Positions 51,196-64,000 of a stretch of DNA of 64,000 bases are shown here, in pieces. Position 1 is the first letter of the stretch. The number at the start of each line of letters is the position of its first letter. A program made the translations under genes and the position numbers. This DNA is from Vicugna vicugna (Eukaryota). The DNA lies in the NCBI GenBank assembly GCA_013265495.1, contig MU057801.1, positions 1,543,879 through 1,607,878 of the forward strand, read 5' to 3'. The notes beneath the pieces are model-generated. The model made no database searches and was not told the DNA's origin. It was given only the letters and a program-made list of their open reading frames with translations.

Positions 51196-51896
51196 TTTAT
51201 ATTCTGTTTGTCCTATTAACCCCTTCACTCAAGTGTAACTCTCTTTGCTCTGCACTCTGTGCCTCTTTTGTCTTGTCTGGCTTTCCTTTAATGTTTCCAC
51301 AGTTTTGATCAAATGCTCACCCTGGCATTTGAGGGGCCCTCTTCCCTTGCTGTGTCCCTTGTTCCTGCCTATCACTGCTTGCCTCTGGGATGGGATGTAG
51401 GTTCTGAGCTGGAGGCTGGGGGCAGCGTGTGTGTGTGGCCGAGCTGCGTTGGGTACTCACGATCTTCTGTGTTTGGTGAGCTCCCAGCCCCCGCACTGCC
51501 GTTCTCAGCCCGGCTGACACCCTTGTGTGTGCTGTTGGCGGCACGGAAGTGGGGGGAGGAGCAGCGGCCAGCTGCCTCTGCGCAGGTCCCCAGCTGCTCC
51601 CCCGAGTAGGGGGCACGTTTCTCCCTCCGTCAGCCACCTCTGAACTGGAACCATGTCTCAAACATCTGCCCCACCTGCCATCCCGAGCCACGCGACTTGT
51701 TTGGATGGGGACTGACTTTCGTGTCCATGTTCTCTTTTCACACTTTAGGAGAGAAGCCACACGGACTGGTGTCTTCCAGGGCCCCAGACAGTCACTATTT
51801 GGCCCTTTATAGAGACTGTCTTCTGACCCCTACTTTAGGAGGCTTTTTAAAACTCCCCCCTGCGGTTCATTTATTTTTTAATGTAATTTTTAGTTA

Positions 51897-52043
51897 TTTT
51901 TTAAATTGAAGTACAGTCAGTTACAGCGTGGCAGTTTCTGATACTCAGCACACTGTCCCAGGCACGCACGTACATACGTGTATTCGTCTTCATGTTCTTT
52001 TTCATTAAAGGTTGTTGAACACAGTTCCCTGTGCTATACAGAA
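51897..52043 (-). mobile_element. lineage L1 3' terminal fragment
   Basis: ttttttaaattgaagtacagtcagttaca...ttttcattaaagg...acagttccctgtgctatacagaa. Confidence 0.88.
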
Positions 52044-53414
52044 TCTCTTCATTAATAGATTTAGATCTGAAGCCCAGTAAAGGCCACATGTAGCGTAATG
52101 ATTAATTTTGCCGGGGTCTGGAAGACCCTCATACTGCAAAGCACTGGCAGATTTTAACGCGTGCAGCTTCTCTTCACGCCTCGATTAACGGGCATCGAGG
52201 CTGGAGAAGGCTCCGCGCTGGTGAGCGAGGTCAGTGTTGCGGGCCTAGCCCAGGGAGCGAGATCCTTCGTCTTAGGAGGGCGGGCGGTTTAGTTGGAAAG
52301 AGAGCATCCTTGCTGTTTAGGAAACAACACCAGGAAGTGCTGGCACGGGCGCTGTGGGCACGTCGCCGCCTCAGGCTCCCTGGGAGGCCCCAGGGGACGA
52401 GGCCTCCCAAGCCGACTAGCTCGCAGACTTGGATTTGCTCCCTGAAAAATGATGACCTTCATTCTAGCCTCAAAATGTGCTAAAGGATGACCTTTAGGCG
52501 TGGTGTACCTGGGCTAGTAGGTGTCAGCTCACCCGAAAGCTGCATTCCAAGTGTCTTTACTCAATTAGAAAAGCTCTGTCATTCCCGGGCTGATACGTAG
52601 ACAGCCTCTGCAAACTCAAACCACACTGTCCGCTTCCTTCTTCTATGTGGCTTCACATGATTGAAACCTGAAGTCTGACTTCCCCGGCCTGTGAGGCCTC
52701 CAGGTCGGGTGGCCCAAATGGAAATAGCTGGCCACGAGGAGTTCCTGGGCTCTGGCTCCGTGAGGAAGCGACGGTGCTTCCATGGAAGGCAGTGGCGGCT
52801 TGTCGGCTGACCGAAGCTTGGGCGGGAACTCGCTGCGTAAGCAAGTAACCGAATCTGCTTCTTCTCTGTAGTGTGCAGCGCGAGGCCATTTTAATGTTTG
52901 CGTAGAGGGGCTTCTCTTGGAAAACATCCTCGAACATACCATGGAGCAGTGTCAACTGTAATATAAAGTGTCCCAGAAATCTCGCAATTTACGAGTTAAA
53001 CGGCACACCTGGGGATTGCAGGGCTTTTCCAGCCGCTCGCAGTAGCCCGATGACTGATTTAGCAGAGAGGAAGCGCGAGGATCACCCTGGTCGCCCTGTA
53101 CCGTTTTCCTGTCTCGCTGACTTCAGAGATTTAGGGGCACGGAGGGGTAGGAGTCTGCAGGATTTGTACATCTTTTGGGCAACATTTTAGAGTCAATCTT
53201 GAAGAGGAAGAATGGTCCTCAGATAGGTTCCCACATCTCAGTACTTGTCAACGGCTTTAATTTCCAGACGGCAAGCTCTCTGTGCTCAGCTATTTTTCAT
53301 GATCTGCTTCTAAAAGTGTAAAGGCTTCTGGACACTGTGTGTTTTTTCTCTGTTGACACCGTGGCCCCGAGAACTGAGGGACACGGCGGGCAGGCTGCAG
53401 CTTCAGCTTCTGGA

Positions 53415-53540
53415 TCTACTTCTTAATTTCCCTTTCCAATCCTCAGTTTTGTTTGTTTTCAAACCTATAAATGGGGATGATAATCATAAGGGTACTTGTC
53501 GGGTCGTTGTGAGGATTTCCTTGTCGTGACGTAAGGTGGC
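53415..53540 (+). mobile_element. MIR fragment
   Basis: cctcagtttt...ctataaatggggatgataat...gggtcgttgtgaggatt. Confidence 0.7.
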
Positions 53541-53934
53541 AGATACACAGCCAGCCTCTGGTCCCTTTGGTCAACGCACGGCACACAGAGCGAGTTCTCT
53601 TTAGTGTGTAGAATCACCTGAATAATAATGACTTTTAAAGTTTCTGTAATGTTCATCTGTTGCAATAGAAAATAATCTCTTGTTTGTAGAGCCTGCGTTG
53701 TCAACTGTGTGGTTCCAGTGATGCTAACGTTCCCTTTTCTTATTGATTTTAAGAAGTTAGGGTATTTTGCATTGGTCTCATTTTTTTTTTATACAGTCTC
53801 TGTCTGTGTCCCTCTGTCTGCCTGAGCTTATTCATCCAGCACATAAAATTCAGAAGTCTGGATAATATAGGGATATTTACATCTTACAAACGTGGTTGTT
53901 TCCATGTGCATCCACATTTTGAAAGGTAAACATC

Positions 53935-54228
53935 CAGAAACAGGCTCACAGAATAGAAAACGAACTTACAGTTACTGGTGGGGTGGGGGAGAGGCGGTAG
54001 GGAGGGATACACTGCGAGTTTGGGATTTGCAGACACAAACTACTGTATATAAAACAGATAAACAACAAGGCCCTACTGTACAGCACAGGGAACTATATTC
54101 AATATCTTGCAATAGCCTATAATGAAAAAGAATGTATCTATGTATGTATGTCTATGACTGAATCACTGTGCTGTACCCCAGAAACCAACACAACAACGTA
54201 AGTCAACTAAACTTCAATTAAAAAAAAA
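53935..54228 (+). mobile_element. lineage L1 3'-UTR fragment with poly-A
   Basis: ctactgtacagcacagggaactatattcaatatcttg...actgaatcactgtgctgtac...acttcaattaaaaaaaa. Confidence 0.92.
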
Positions 54229-54879
54229 CCAAACAAAATATGGCTGGCCCATTGGAGTTCCCAGCAGCCCCAGCGCCGACTCAAAGACGTTAGGACGAGA
54301 AGCCACTTTTTTCTCTGATTCCAAGATGCATCTCCAGCGCATCTCTGGGGTGATGGACTTGACGTAAACATTTGGAGCACTGGTCTCAGGGGTGAACTTT
54401 CCTTCAGCACTGTTGTCATCTCCGCAGAGCCTCTCATTTCACGGAGTTTCTGGAGGATGCACAAATTAAAGATCAGTGAGGAAGAATATTGAATATCGAA
54501 AGTTTGGAAGCATCCATTTTGCCAAAACGCCTCAATTCTCCGTCACCGCAGGTGCCCCTGGAAGCACTGACACCCAGTTTCTCACCTCTGCTCTCATACT
54601 CTCTGCTCTCCAGATTACACATGGCAAGGAATTAAATGCCTTGGGTTTAGGCAGTTGGTCTAGCAAATGAATTCTATGTGATCCAGGCGTATTTTTACAT
54701 CACTTTTTTGTATGACAGTGTTCAAGAGCTTTTGTGAGCAGCAACCACAGAAAAGATGCAGGTAGCATGAAGGAGGAATTCACAAAGGAGAAAAAATGGA
54801 AGTGACCAAGTGAAACAGCAGTAAAGTATCTTTCTGGCTGCTGATTTGGTGCAGGTCAGAACATGTGTGCAGCCCCTGG

Positions 54880-55400
54880 GGTGGTGAAGTCCAGGGAAAC
54901 GGTCTCTCTCACCCTCCGCGGTGAGCTGTAAACTCATACACCTCTTTGGAGAGCAATTTGGCAACACATGTCCAAATCTTAGATACAGTTCTAGGTGCAA
55001 ACATGTTCTTTTAGGCATTTAGTCTATGGAAAAAAATCTACAAGAAGATGTCGCTGTAAGGACATTTTACCATAGTTCTATTTATAGTAGGAAAAAACGT
55101 TTCCAATAAATGATGCATCTGCTCATAGGGAATTACAGCCACGCAGCAGAATATTGTACAGCCAGTACGATTATGTTACAGGAGAACGTACAACGTCTGC
55201 AAAATGTGAAGGACGAAGAAGCACAGGTCACAGAACGGCCTTACAGTTTGAGCCCCTTTTGGTTAAAGTTTATATTTTCATTGAATTTTCTATTTATCTT
55301 ATACTCGGAAGAGGTTTATATTGAAATAACAGTACTGGAGTGATGCTGGCTATCCTTTCTGACTTATCTGTATGTTTTTCCAGGTTTCCACAATAAACAT
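54880..55400 (+). mobile_element. highly diverged L1ME-type fragment
   Basis: ctttggagagcaatttggcaac...tatttatagtaggaaaaa...gaatattgtacagcc. Confidence 0.6.
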
Positions 55401-56413
55401 GCACTTTTTGCAAGATGGGCAAAGAATGGTGCTTTGTTATTTTACACAGAAGAGACCATAAGAATATTTTAAGTTTTCATTCAGCGATTCCAAATTCTCT
55501 GGGCTTAGAATCAAGCCAGATAATAGACACAGTCAATAAATCTAACTGTTACACCTGCTGATTTGATTCTCAGTTAAGCGGATTACTTTTCTAAAGCAAT
55601 TTAGATGAAATTCTGAGTAAAGATCAGCTCTTTAAAAAATCCATATTTTCCTTTTGTTGAGTAAAACCAGTAACACTGATGTTATTATAAAGGAAAAACA
55701 GAATCAGAGGGCAATAAACTTGGTCAAGCTTGCTGGGAAAACACTTCTGAATAAGTTCTTTTAAAGGGTCATGACCAACCTCGCTTCAAACCCCAAACCT
55801 TGTCTTCCCAGGTGTTCTGTTAGGAATGAAAAACCGGAGCGACTTACATGAGAAATCCTCCTCGACGTGCCACTTACGCACCACGGCACCTCCTGCTCTC
55901 TGCAGACTCATGTCAGCTCCTGGGCTCTGGCCAAGAGTTGCTTCTTAAGTATTTGCCAATATTTCAGTATTTTTCCTGAAATAAGATTATGGAGACCCAG
56001 TGATTTATTCAAACGTGTTACCTAAAAGCCTACTTGCTAAATGCAAAGTTCAGGTTCGTTTCGTGAGAACAAGGCAGCCTTTCTCGTGCCCTGGTCGTAG
56101 GACTTTGCTGAACGATGAGCCTGAGTGTGCTGATATGTGTGGGTCCTTTTACATTTGGAGTAGCTCATGTTTCAATTCTTTTCTAAGGAAATTGAAGAAC
56201 TTTCCCTGCTTCCCGTTGATTGGGGTTACTCCTTCACTCGCATCTCTTTCCTTTTAAGACTCAGAGACTGGAAGTATCTGAGGGCCCAGGTGGAGAAATC
56301 TGCTCATCGACTTCCTGCCCCGGAGACCACATGGGATCCAAATCCACTGTTTTCTTCTGCTGACCCTCCTTACTAAGTGCACTTGCAACCTTTTATGTCA
56401 AAGTGATGTACTC

Positions 56414-56911
56414 TTTTCTTTTTTAAATATTTAAGTACAGTTAGTTACAATGTGTCAATTTCTGGTGTCCAGCACCATGTCCCAGTCATGCATACACATA
56501 CATGGATTCGTTTTCATAGTCTTTTTCATTAAAGATTATTACAAGATATTGAACATGGTTCCCTGTGGTATACAGAAGAAATGTGTTTTTCAGTCCATTT
56601 TTATATACGGTAGTTAACATTTGCAAACCTCAGACTCCTGAATTTATCTCTTCCCATCCCCTTCCCCCCCAACCCCGTAACCATAAGATTGTTTACTGTG
56701 TCTGTGAGTCTGTTTCTGTTTTGTAGCTGAGTTCATTGGTGCCCTCTTTTTTCTTTTTCTTTTCAGATTCCACATATAAGTGATATCAGATGGTATTTTT
56801 CTTTCTCTTTCTGGCCCACTTCACTTAGAATGATGATCTCCAGGTCCATCCATGTTGCTGCAAATGGCATTATTTTATTCTTTTTTATTGCTGAGTAGTA
56901 TTCCATTGTAT
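56414..56911 (-). mobile_element. lineage L1 3' fragment (younger type)
   Basis: tagttacaatgtgtcaatttctggtg...tacagaagaaa...gtccatccatgttgctgcaaatggcattattttattc. Confidence 0.93.
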
Positions 56912-57145
56912 TAACTGACATATAGTTGTACAATATTATGTAAGTTATGGGTGTACAATATAGTGATTCACAATTTTAAAAGGTTTACTCCATTTATAGT
57001 TATTGTAAAATATTGGCTATATTCCCCTCATTGTACAATATAATAGTCTGTACCTCTTAACCCCCCACCCTTACTTTGCCCCTCCCCCTTCCCTCTCCCC
57101 ACTGGGAACCACTGGTTTGTTCTCTAGATCTGTGAGTTGGCTTCT
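56912..57145 (-). mobile_element. older artiodactyl-type L1 3' UTR
   Basis: tgtacaatatagtgattcacaattttaaaagg...tccatttatagttattgtaaaatattggctatattccc...ccactgggaaccactggtttgttctcta. Confidence 0.85.
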
Positions 57146-57197
57146 TTTTAAAAAATTCTTTTTTTCAAACCTGTTCTTTACTACTTTTCTCCCCCGA

Positions 57198-57320
57198 ATT
57201 TTTATGTTTTTACTGAAGCGTAGTCGACTTACAATGTTAGTTTCACACATATACATACATATATATATATTTTTCAGATTCTTTTCCATTACAACTCATT
57301 ACAAGAAATTGAATATAGCA
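57198..57320 (-). mobile_element. L1 3' terminal fragment
   Basis: tactgaagcgtagtcgacttacaatgttagtttc...ttcagattcttttccatta...ttacaagaaattgaatatag. Confidence 0.8.
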
Positions 57321-59225
57321 CGTATCTTTTAACCAAAATGGAAACCATTTTAAAATAGCGTTTTTGGAGCAATGGCTCTGGGAATCTTCTCCGAGCTCTG
57401 TGCGGAGGCGGCCACGAAGATTCTCAGCGTCGTATATATTAGGTTTCCCCCCTTTCTTCTTCGTAAGGATCATCTTTAGGGTAACGTCAAGGAAACTGAG
57501 ACAATTTGTTGTTTGAGAGACGGTGAAGCAGCTGAAGGAGACACCAGATGTCAAGCCGAACCGTGGGGTCTCCCGAGGGTCGAGGAAACTAGGAAAAGGC
57601 CTGTCTCCTCTCACTCCAATTCCACGGGCCCCTCTCGAGAGCACAGGCCTCAGAACTGCCCCGGGGGCTGCTGGCTGTGAAGGGACCCGCCAAAGGGGAG
57701 CTCTCTACGGCGCCCCCTCGTCTGTGAGTGACTAAGGTTGACAGCCCGCGGCAGTTTCTGTCTGGTGGCTCAGAACTCGCACACGTGCCAATAGCCGGCT
57801 CTGTGTCCTCACTCTCAGACACTCCTGTGCGGCTCATTCTGCAAGTCCAGCTGTGGCAGGGAGGGGCACATGGAGGAGACTAGGCTCGGAATGTGTGCTT
57901 GTCTGATGCCACGTGTTCCCTGACGGTTTCTGGGCCGCACAGATATTAATCTCCGTGGTCATGTGTCTGAGGCATTTCATCACTGGGGAACAGCTGAAAG
58001 TGGTTGGTGGTACTTGGTGTGGTCCCCGGTCGGTGTTGTGAGTATGGTCAGAAGTCTGGGGCTCGTGGGACCGTGAGGGAGATGCCTGCACCTCTTCTTG
58101 CTGATTTCTGAGCTCGGCTGCCTGACGGCAATTGTTAAAGTCCAGGTAAGTTTATGCCCCAAAAGTAAGGGTTGGGGTGGAGGGTGGGGGCAGATGCAGC
58201 TTTTAGGGAGCCGTCCGGTATCATCTGTTCACCACGCGTGCCTCTATTACCTACAGCATCGCCCATCAGCAAGATTATTTTCCAGACTGTGTTTTCCCAA
58301 AAGCATAATATGCAAAAGATCACCCCAAACCAAAGAGAAACAGGGCACTGTGTCTAGGGGAGAGGGAAGACTTGCTGAACTTCATCAAGATCCAAGTCTC
58401 TCTCTACCGGAGAAAACTTCTTGTTCATATGGCTAAGAATTGTAATTTTGGTTAACCCAAATATTTGATTTTGGGGGGTGGTCCTAAAAATAACACATGC
58501 ATACCTCCAACATTTTCGTTTAACTTAAAGCATCCTACCTCATACCCATTTACCAGTCTTTTGATGTTGGACGAAGCCTTGACTCAGAGGGTATGGTCAT
58601 TCGTTGAAATTCCCTTTTGCCCTTCTTGCAAAAATCACGCTCATAAATCTATCCTCTCCAACTTCCGGTTTGGATTTCTCTGAAGCAGAGCAAGGACTGA
58701 AGGAGATACAGGTGCAGGATCATTCTATATTTCGTATGCTGCCCACCCCAGCCCAAGATTAATTGTCTCAGGTACACCGAATCCAAGGAATTTTAGCAAC
58801 TCATCTTTCTTTAGCCTTTTCAAAACATTTGACTGAGTCTGTACAGATACAATGCTCTCTTTCTTTGTCCACTCAGATTTCATCAGTGCGTGCAATACTT
58901 ACTTAAATTTAGCAATGACCACAATTAGCATGAACTATTTGAGAATAAACACAGTCGATACTGAAGAGGTATGCAAACCCGACGGTGGGTGCAGAACACC
59001 CTGGGGGTTGGAGAGGGAGTGGCTTGAGAGATCCAGGGGTTTGGTATCTGAGGACGAGCCAGAGTGTCTAGAGAGAACGGAAGGAATTCGTTAACCTACC
59101 GAGTCCCTCAAGCAGCTAGCACTCAGGATGGGTCACGTGTGATGGGCTGGAGAAGTCCTCAGTAAAAATTACTTCCCAATATTCGAGGAGTTGCAAATAT
59201 TCTTCATGGTTTGCAAAAATAAGCT

Positions 59226-59567
59226 AAAAAGAGAAAGAAAAATACCATATGATATCACTTATATGTCAAATCTAAAAAAAAATGGACACAAACGAACTAT
59301 TTACAAAGCAGAGACCGACACAGAAAACAAACTTATGGTTACTGGGGGAGAAGAGGGTGGGCAGGGATGAAGTGGGAGTTTGAGATTTGCAGACACCTTC
59401 TACAAAATACATAAATAACAAGGTCCTACCATGCAGCACAGGGAACAACCTATGATGAAAAAAAATGAAAAGAAATATATATATGTGTGTGTGTGTGTAT
59501 AACAATCACTATGCTGTACACCAGAAATTAATACAACATTGTATATTGACTATATTCAATTAAAAAA
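59226..59567 (+). mobile_element. lineage L1 3' fragment with poly-A
   Basis: aaataccatatgatatcacttatatg...aacaaacttatggttact...cactatgctgtacaccagaaattaatacaacattgta...caattaaaaa. Confidence 0.92.
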
Positions 59568-62500
59568 GAAAGAACTAAGAAATCTGAGAACTCTGGGCTC
59601 AGAGATGAACACACTAAACCCAGCTTTTGGGCTTCATGGTCCACTTTGGAATTCTCTCTCTTGAGAGTCATCTCTTCACTGGTCAAAGAACCAATAGGCC
59701 TGTCCCAGTTTCTCCATCATAAGAGTGACGTCTCCTAGGTCGTAATGCGTATAAGGTCCAGGTCAGCTTATTTGGGATGAAAGTTATGAGCTGGAACTCC
59801 ACGCAAAGTGATCTGAAACGGGAGGCAGAAGGCATCGCCCTCCCCCATGCAGCTGCTCGACACCTCCACCTGCACTCTCGGGGCTCTGCCTGGAACTGCC
59901 CATGTTTCTTTCCAGGTAGAGGAATCCAGACCGATCGTTCAAATCCGTCGGTGCTGGACCCCCCAGGTGGTCAGAGCTCACTGTGGGGACGGAGCACCCC
60001 TGCTGGCTGCGCTGCCCCTCCCTTCCCCTCGGGAGCAAATGCAGGGCTCCTGCGGGGGTGGGGGGGCCCCTCCCCCATCGCAGTGGCAGCATGCTGCCGC
60101 CTGAGGATGCCTTGGGTCTCTCTGGGCCACCGTCTACATGCTGGGAGCAGCACTGCTCTTGGAACAGGACTTGTCCCTAAAGCCAGTGGCAGCTCTGGCC
60201 CTTGTCTTGGGGCTTGTGTTTTGAGCTGAAAGTTGAACTAACCAGCTGCTGATTCTGGCCCGCCCACACTGTCCATCTTTTGGATAAATCTGTTAGTTCT
60301 TCGGACCACACAAGTGCAAAGGGTACTTGTAAATGACTCTCCTGCCCTCTGACTTCCCTTTAACAGCCCTCCGAGGAAATAAGGTCGCAAGTTCACCGAT
60401 GGCAGGAAGGCCCACCGGTGGCCTGAGCGATCCCCCACGTCAGCCTCCCATGCCCAATTCATAAAGAGCCCGCAGTGCCGGTCGAGCCCAACGACTTTTC
60501 CATGTGTCTGGCATTTTCAGTTCTAAGCACTGTCTTCAGCGCTCCTCCAACATGTGTTTGAGAAAGACCCAGCAGTCCCATATTAAGATAATTATTTTCA
60601 CGGCTGTTTTGAAACACCCCAGTGGTGCCCCGAGGAACTTCCTACCCAGTAACCTGCACAGTTGGTTCAACAAAAATTGATCCCTAGTCAATCCAATGAA
60701 TCTAAAACGTTGTTGAGAAATACGCGATTTCATCACCTCCAGTCTGCGCACCAAAGGAGACTCGGCGACCTCACCGGAGGTGTTGATTCTCTCCGTAATT
60801 AATGGAAGGACCGTCGGCTGGTGCTGAGTAATCAGGGACCTCAGAGGCCCGCCGCTGCCGCAATAAATGGAACAACGCGAGGGGGCAGGAGGGGCGCACG
60901 GCCCAGCGCGAGCACGGCCGCCCGGAGGGCCTCCGAACAGACCGAGGCGTCAATTAGCGTCTGTAAATCTCGTGCCTGTTGCTTTCCCGACACAGATGTC
61001 CTGCCCAAGTGTTACATTCTTGGAAGAGCTGTGCACATAGATTAAACGGCTCCCGTCCCTGGGAACGTGGAGACCTGTATTTGTTTTGTTAGGAGACTTC
61101 TAAATACCCCAGGCTTATGCATCAAACAGCTGTTGGGATGAAGGCTTTTGGCCACCGCAGCGCTTCTGTGCTGGGGCCGGGGTCCAGCTTCCGCGGCGGG
61201 GGTCGGACCTGCGAGGCGGGCGCTTCTCGGCCGGATAGCTCTGCCGTGTGACTTTTAATGGAAACGAAGATAAATGGAAACCTAGCTGGGTCCGTTAACG
61301 GTTTTAGCAGCACGCACAGAGGGATCCCGCGAGGACCCTCAGAAAGATGACACATGGAGCTTCTGTCGCAAGGCTGAGCTGCCGCTGTGACCCGCACACG
61401 CCGCTTCCCAAGCCGTTTCTCAAGGCTGAGTTTTCTTTTTATTTTGAATGTTACTTTTACTGAGTATAAATGTCGACTTTGCCCTTCCAGCTTCAGCATG
61501 TTCAGTCCACGATGGGGGGGGGGTTAGGATGTCTGTGTCCCGACGTGAGAGACACAGGATGTTCACCGGGGAGAGCCGGTTCTCAGGGGGGTGGCTCCAC
61601 GTTAGCAGTGCTCTTTGGGCAGAAGCTTCAAGGAATCTCGGTTGCCTTTAAAGTCCCCCAGTGCTCCTGAGGTCCAAGCAGCTAGAACCGCAGACTCTGC
61701 TTTGTGACTTGAGGTCACCTGTCATGGAAAAAAAAACCCCTGCCTGCCTTACAATGAGAACCAAATTAATTCATCTGAGGTCTTCAACCAAGGCTGGTCT
61801 CCGGAGTTGTCCCCGAGCTGGAGGATCGCGGCCCGAGCTGGAGGAAGCGAAGGCTTAGACACAGATTTTTTTCAGTTCTAAAAAGCGGATTCCTTCAGCC
61901 TTTGAGAAAGAGCTCAGGGGCAGCAGGGTGACGGGGCATCCGGAGAGGACTGGGAGGGGCTCCGGGAAGGGGCCCTTCGCGCGTGCAGCGGGGCGGAAGT
62001 CGGGAAGCTGCGACTTGTGGGCTGGTTGACATGCGGTGAAACAGATTTTTCATGACTGATGGGAAGCTGCGTTTCTACGGAAGGCTCCTCGCGGCTGGTG
62101 GCCGGCAGGCTTTTACTATGTTGTCTGTCTACTACTTAAAGGCTGCCAAGTTTCCCCTCTTTTGATTTACCCAAAGAAAGTGAGGACTCTAGGAGTGAAA
62201 TGATTTCTTAACCAGTTTGAGTCCACTAAGGGCGCTTCCGGAGATTTTAAAGGCTCTTTTATAAAGTGCCCATTAAGGACAAGCTTATGCAAGCGAGTTG
62301 AATGTGTCATAGTGTGAACAACTTCACTATGGCCACTTTCCGTTACCAAGTGTTTTGGCAAAATTGAGGTCCTCTAGCGGGGGAGCTAAGTGTGCGATCG
62401 TTCCAAACTGTTCCAGCTTTGATTGGCACGGTCTGTGCCTCACATCTGAGCTTACACAATCGGATCCAGAGCTGAGAAGATGTCAAGCTAACCAAAGCAG

Positions 62501-62754
62501 TTTGATCTCAAACCTGAATATTTTGTATGATTTATTCGTATCATTGGCATCAAATACGAGCTTGGGCCTGCAGACGCCTCCTTCCCCTCCTCCCTAACAC
62601 ATCTTTAACTAACCCGGGAGGACACAGGATGTGCAGGCCTACGGGTGTGTGTGGTTCACACGTTCGTGTCTGTTTTGGGTCAAGTGGATGTATCTGCAGT
62701 TGAGAATACCGGGGTGAGGTATAGAACAGCCTAGTTTCCACTTCATCAGATGAA

Positions 62755-62900
62755 ATGTGTGTGCCTGTGTGTGTATTTATGAGTGTCTGTGTGCATATTT
62801 GTGCCTGTATGTGCACTGTGTGTACGTGTATAGGTGTGTGTGGTGTGCATATGCGTGTCTGTGTCTTGTGCGTGCATGTGTGTCTATGTGTACGCACATG
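62755..62900. repeat. imperfect (TG)n repeat
   Basis: read directly; it produces the Cys/Val-rich ORF 62755-63330. Confidence 0.85.
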
Positions 62901-63109
62901 TTGGGGAAGGTGGTGGGGTGAGGTGGGTCCGAATCTCATGCAGACATCTCCTAAGTCACAGTCTCCCCCCAGCTCTCACTCGTCAGCCCCTCTCCACCCA
63001 ACTTGGTTGAGAATTATTGCTAAAACGAGGCAGTTCCTCATGGGACTGTGTTATTTCTCTAAGACATATTCGCTGGGGAATAAAAAAGGTGGGGCACCAC
63101 TGCGTGCAG

Positions 63110-63200
63110 TCCCCATGGGGAAAAGCTGGAGCCCAGAGAAGTTAAACGACTCTTCCAAAGTCACACAGCAAATCCGGGCCAAGCCTGGTTCCCTGGCTCC
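63110..63200 (-). mobile_element. MIR fragment
   Basis: gcccagagaagttaaacgactcttccaaagtcacacagc. Confidence 0.7.
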
Positions 63201-63399
63201 CCTCCCAGACTCCTGCACACCCTGTCACAAGGCTGGGATCAGAAAACAGCAGTGTTTCCCATCTGGGTCCCGACCACCCCCCACCCCTCGCCCCGGCACG
63301 CTCGCGGTCAGATATGAGTCTTCAAGGTAAAGCACCGACTTTTATACTCCTGACTCCAAGGAGACACACATCAAAGTGAACACTTCTTCCGAAGTGCGT

Positions 63400-63620
63400 C
63401 CTGTCCCGCTGGTCGCCGTGAGCTGTGTGGGTGACAGGCTCCGAGAAAATTCCCGCCCGGCTGCTCAGTCGAGGAAGTCTGGGGACGCCGCCCCTCGGGC
63501 TGCTGGGCCAGCGCGCCGTTCATGCCGGCTCTGGCGGGCCTAGCCCGTCCGCCCCGCGGGCCTGCCGTGCTGGGGGGGCCTCGCGGGGCCGGCGGCTCAG
63601 GGCTCTGGGGGGCTCACTGG
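63400..63620. promoter_or_regulatory. small CpG-rich patch
   Basis: dense CpG over ~220 bp. Confidence 0.5.
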
Positions 63621-63867
63621 GTACCACAGCTTTTCTGGGGCTAGGAAGACACTGTTAATGTTTTCCACCAAGAATAAGAAAACAGAAGCTTCCTGGGAAA
63701 TTTTAAGAGTGCAAGTTCTGTACATTTGCCCCTCGGAGAACCACGTGCCAACGTCACCCACTAGTGTCTCTTTCCTTTTCGCAATTGGAAACAAATGTGA
63801 CAATTCTTTGGTTGGACATTTGGTGACCTCTCGTAATAACGGCTTCATTTATCTATTTACTCTTTAA

Positions 63868-64000
63868 CTTTTTAACCGTAAGCTTGCTCTCTGTGTCTGC
63901 GAGTCTGTTTCTGTTCTGTAAGTAAGCTCACTTGTGTCACTTTTTTAGATCCCACATGTAAGTGACACCACGTGATATTGTCTTTCTCTGTCTGACTGAC
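63868..64000 (-). mobile_element. L1 3'-UTR fragment running off the window
   Basis: tgtctgcgagtctgtttctgttctgtaa...ttttttagatcccacatgtaagtga...tgtctttctctgtctgac. Confidence 0.88.

Noticed and set aside
58090..58152. Strong donor CAG|gtaagt at 58146
   Set aside because: No convincing upstream acceptor to define an exon
1..64000. Novel multi-gene or prokaryote-style system; tRNA, rRNA or snRNA genes
   Set aside because: No operon-like coding density, no recognisable enzyme domains and no structured RNA gene seen; the window is mammalian intronic or intergenic DNA

Overview
Mammalian genomic DNA that is almost entirely non-coding. It is probably from a camelid or another non-ruminant cetartiodactyl: the L1 3'-UTR type fits, and I saw no Alu, Bov-tA, CHR or PRE-1 SINEs. 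None of the supplied ORFs looks like a real gene; they come from GC-rich chance ORFs, microsatellites or decayed L1 ORF2. The window is a mosaic of interspersed repeats (L1, L2, MIR, MaLR/MLT1, ERVL LTR16/33/41-like LTRs, MER3, a hAT MITE), microsatellites, several CpG-rich islands and one 41-N assembly gap. Three things stand out. (1) Two small + strand exon candidates with strong splice signals (34136-34192, 57 nt; 47026-47079, 54 nt) join in one open phase-1 frame, but I could not identify the gene. (2) A well-preserved solo LTR (~27938-28619) carries a ~23-bp-period array of inverted CCAAT boxes, two octamer motifs, a TATA box and a polyA signal. (3) Several repeat copies are strongly shifted AT->GC and appear to have become CpG islands, which suggests local GC-biased gene conversion. 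I see no sequence-supported evidence of a new multi-gene system. Repeat family names come from remembered consensus motifs, not a database search, and repeat boundaries are approximate.
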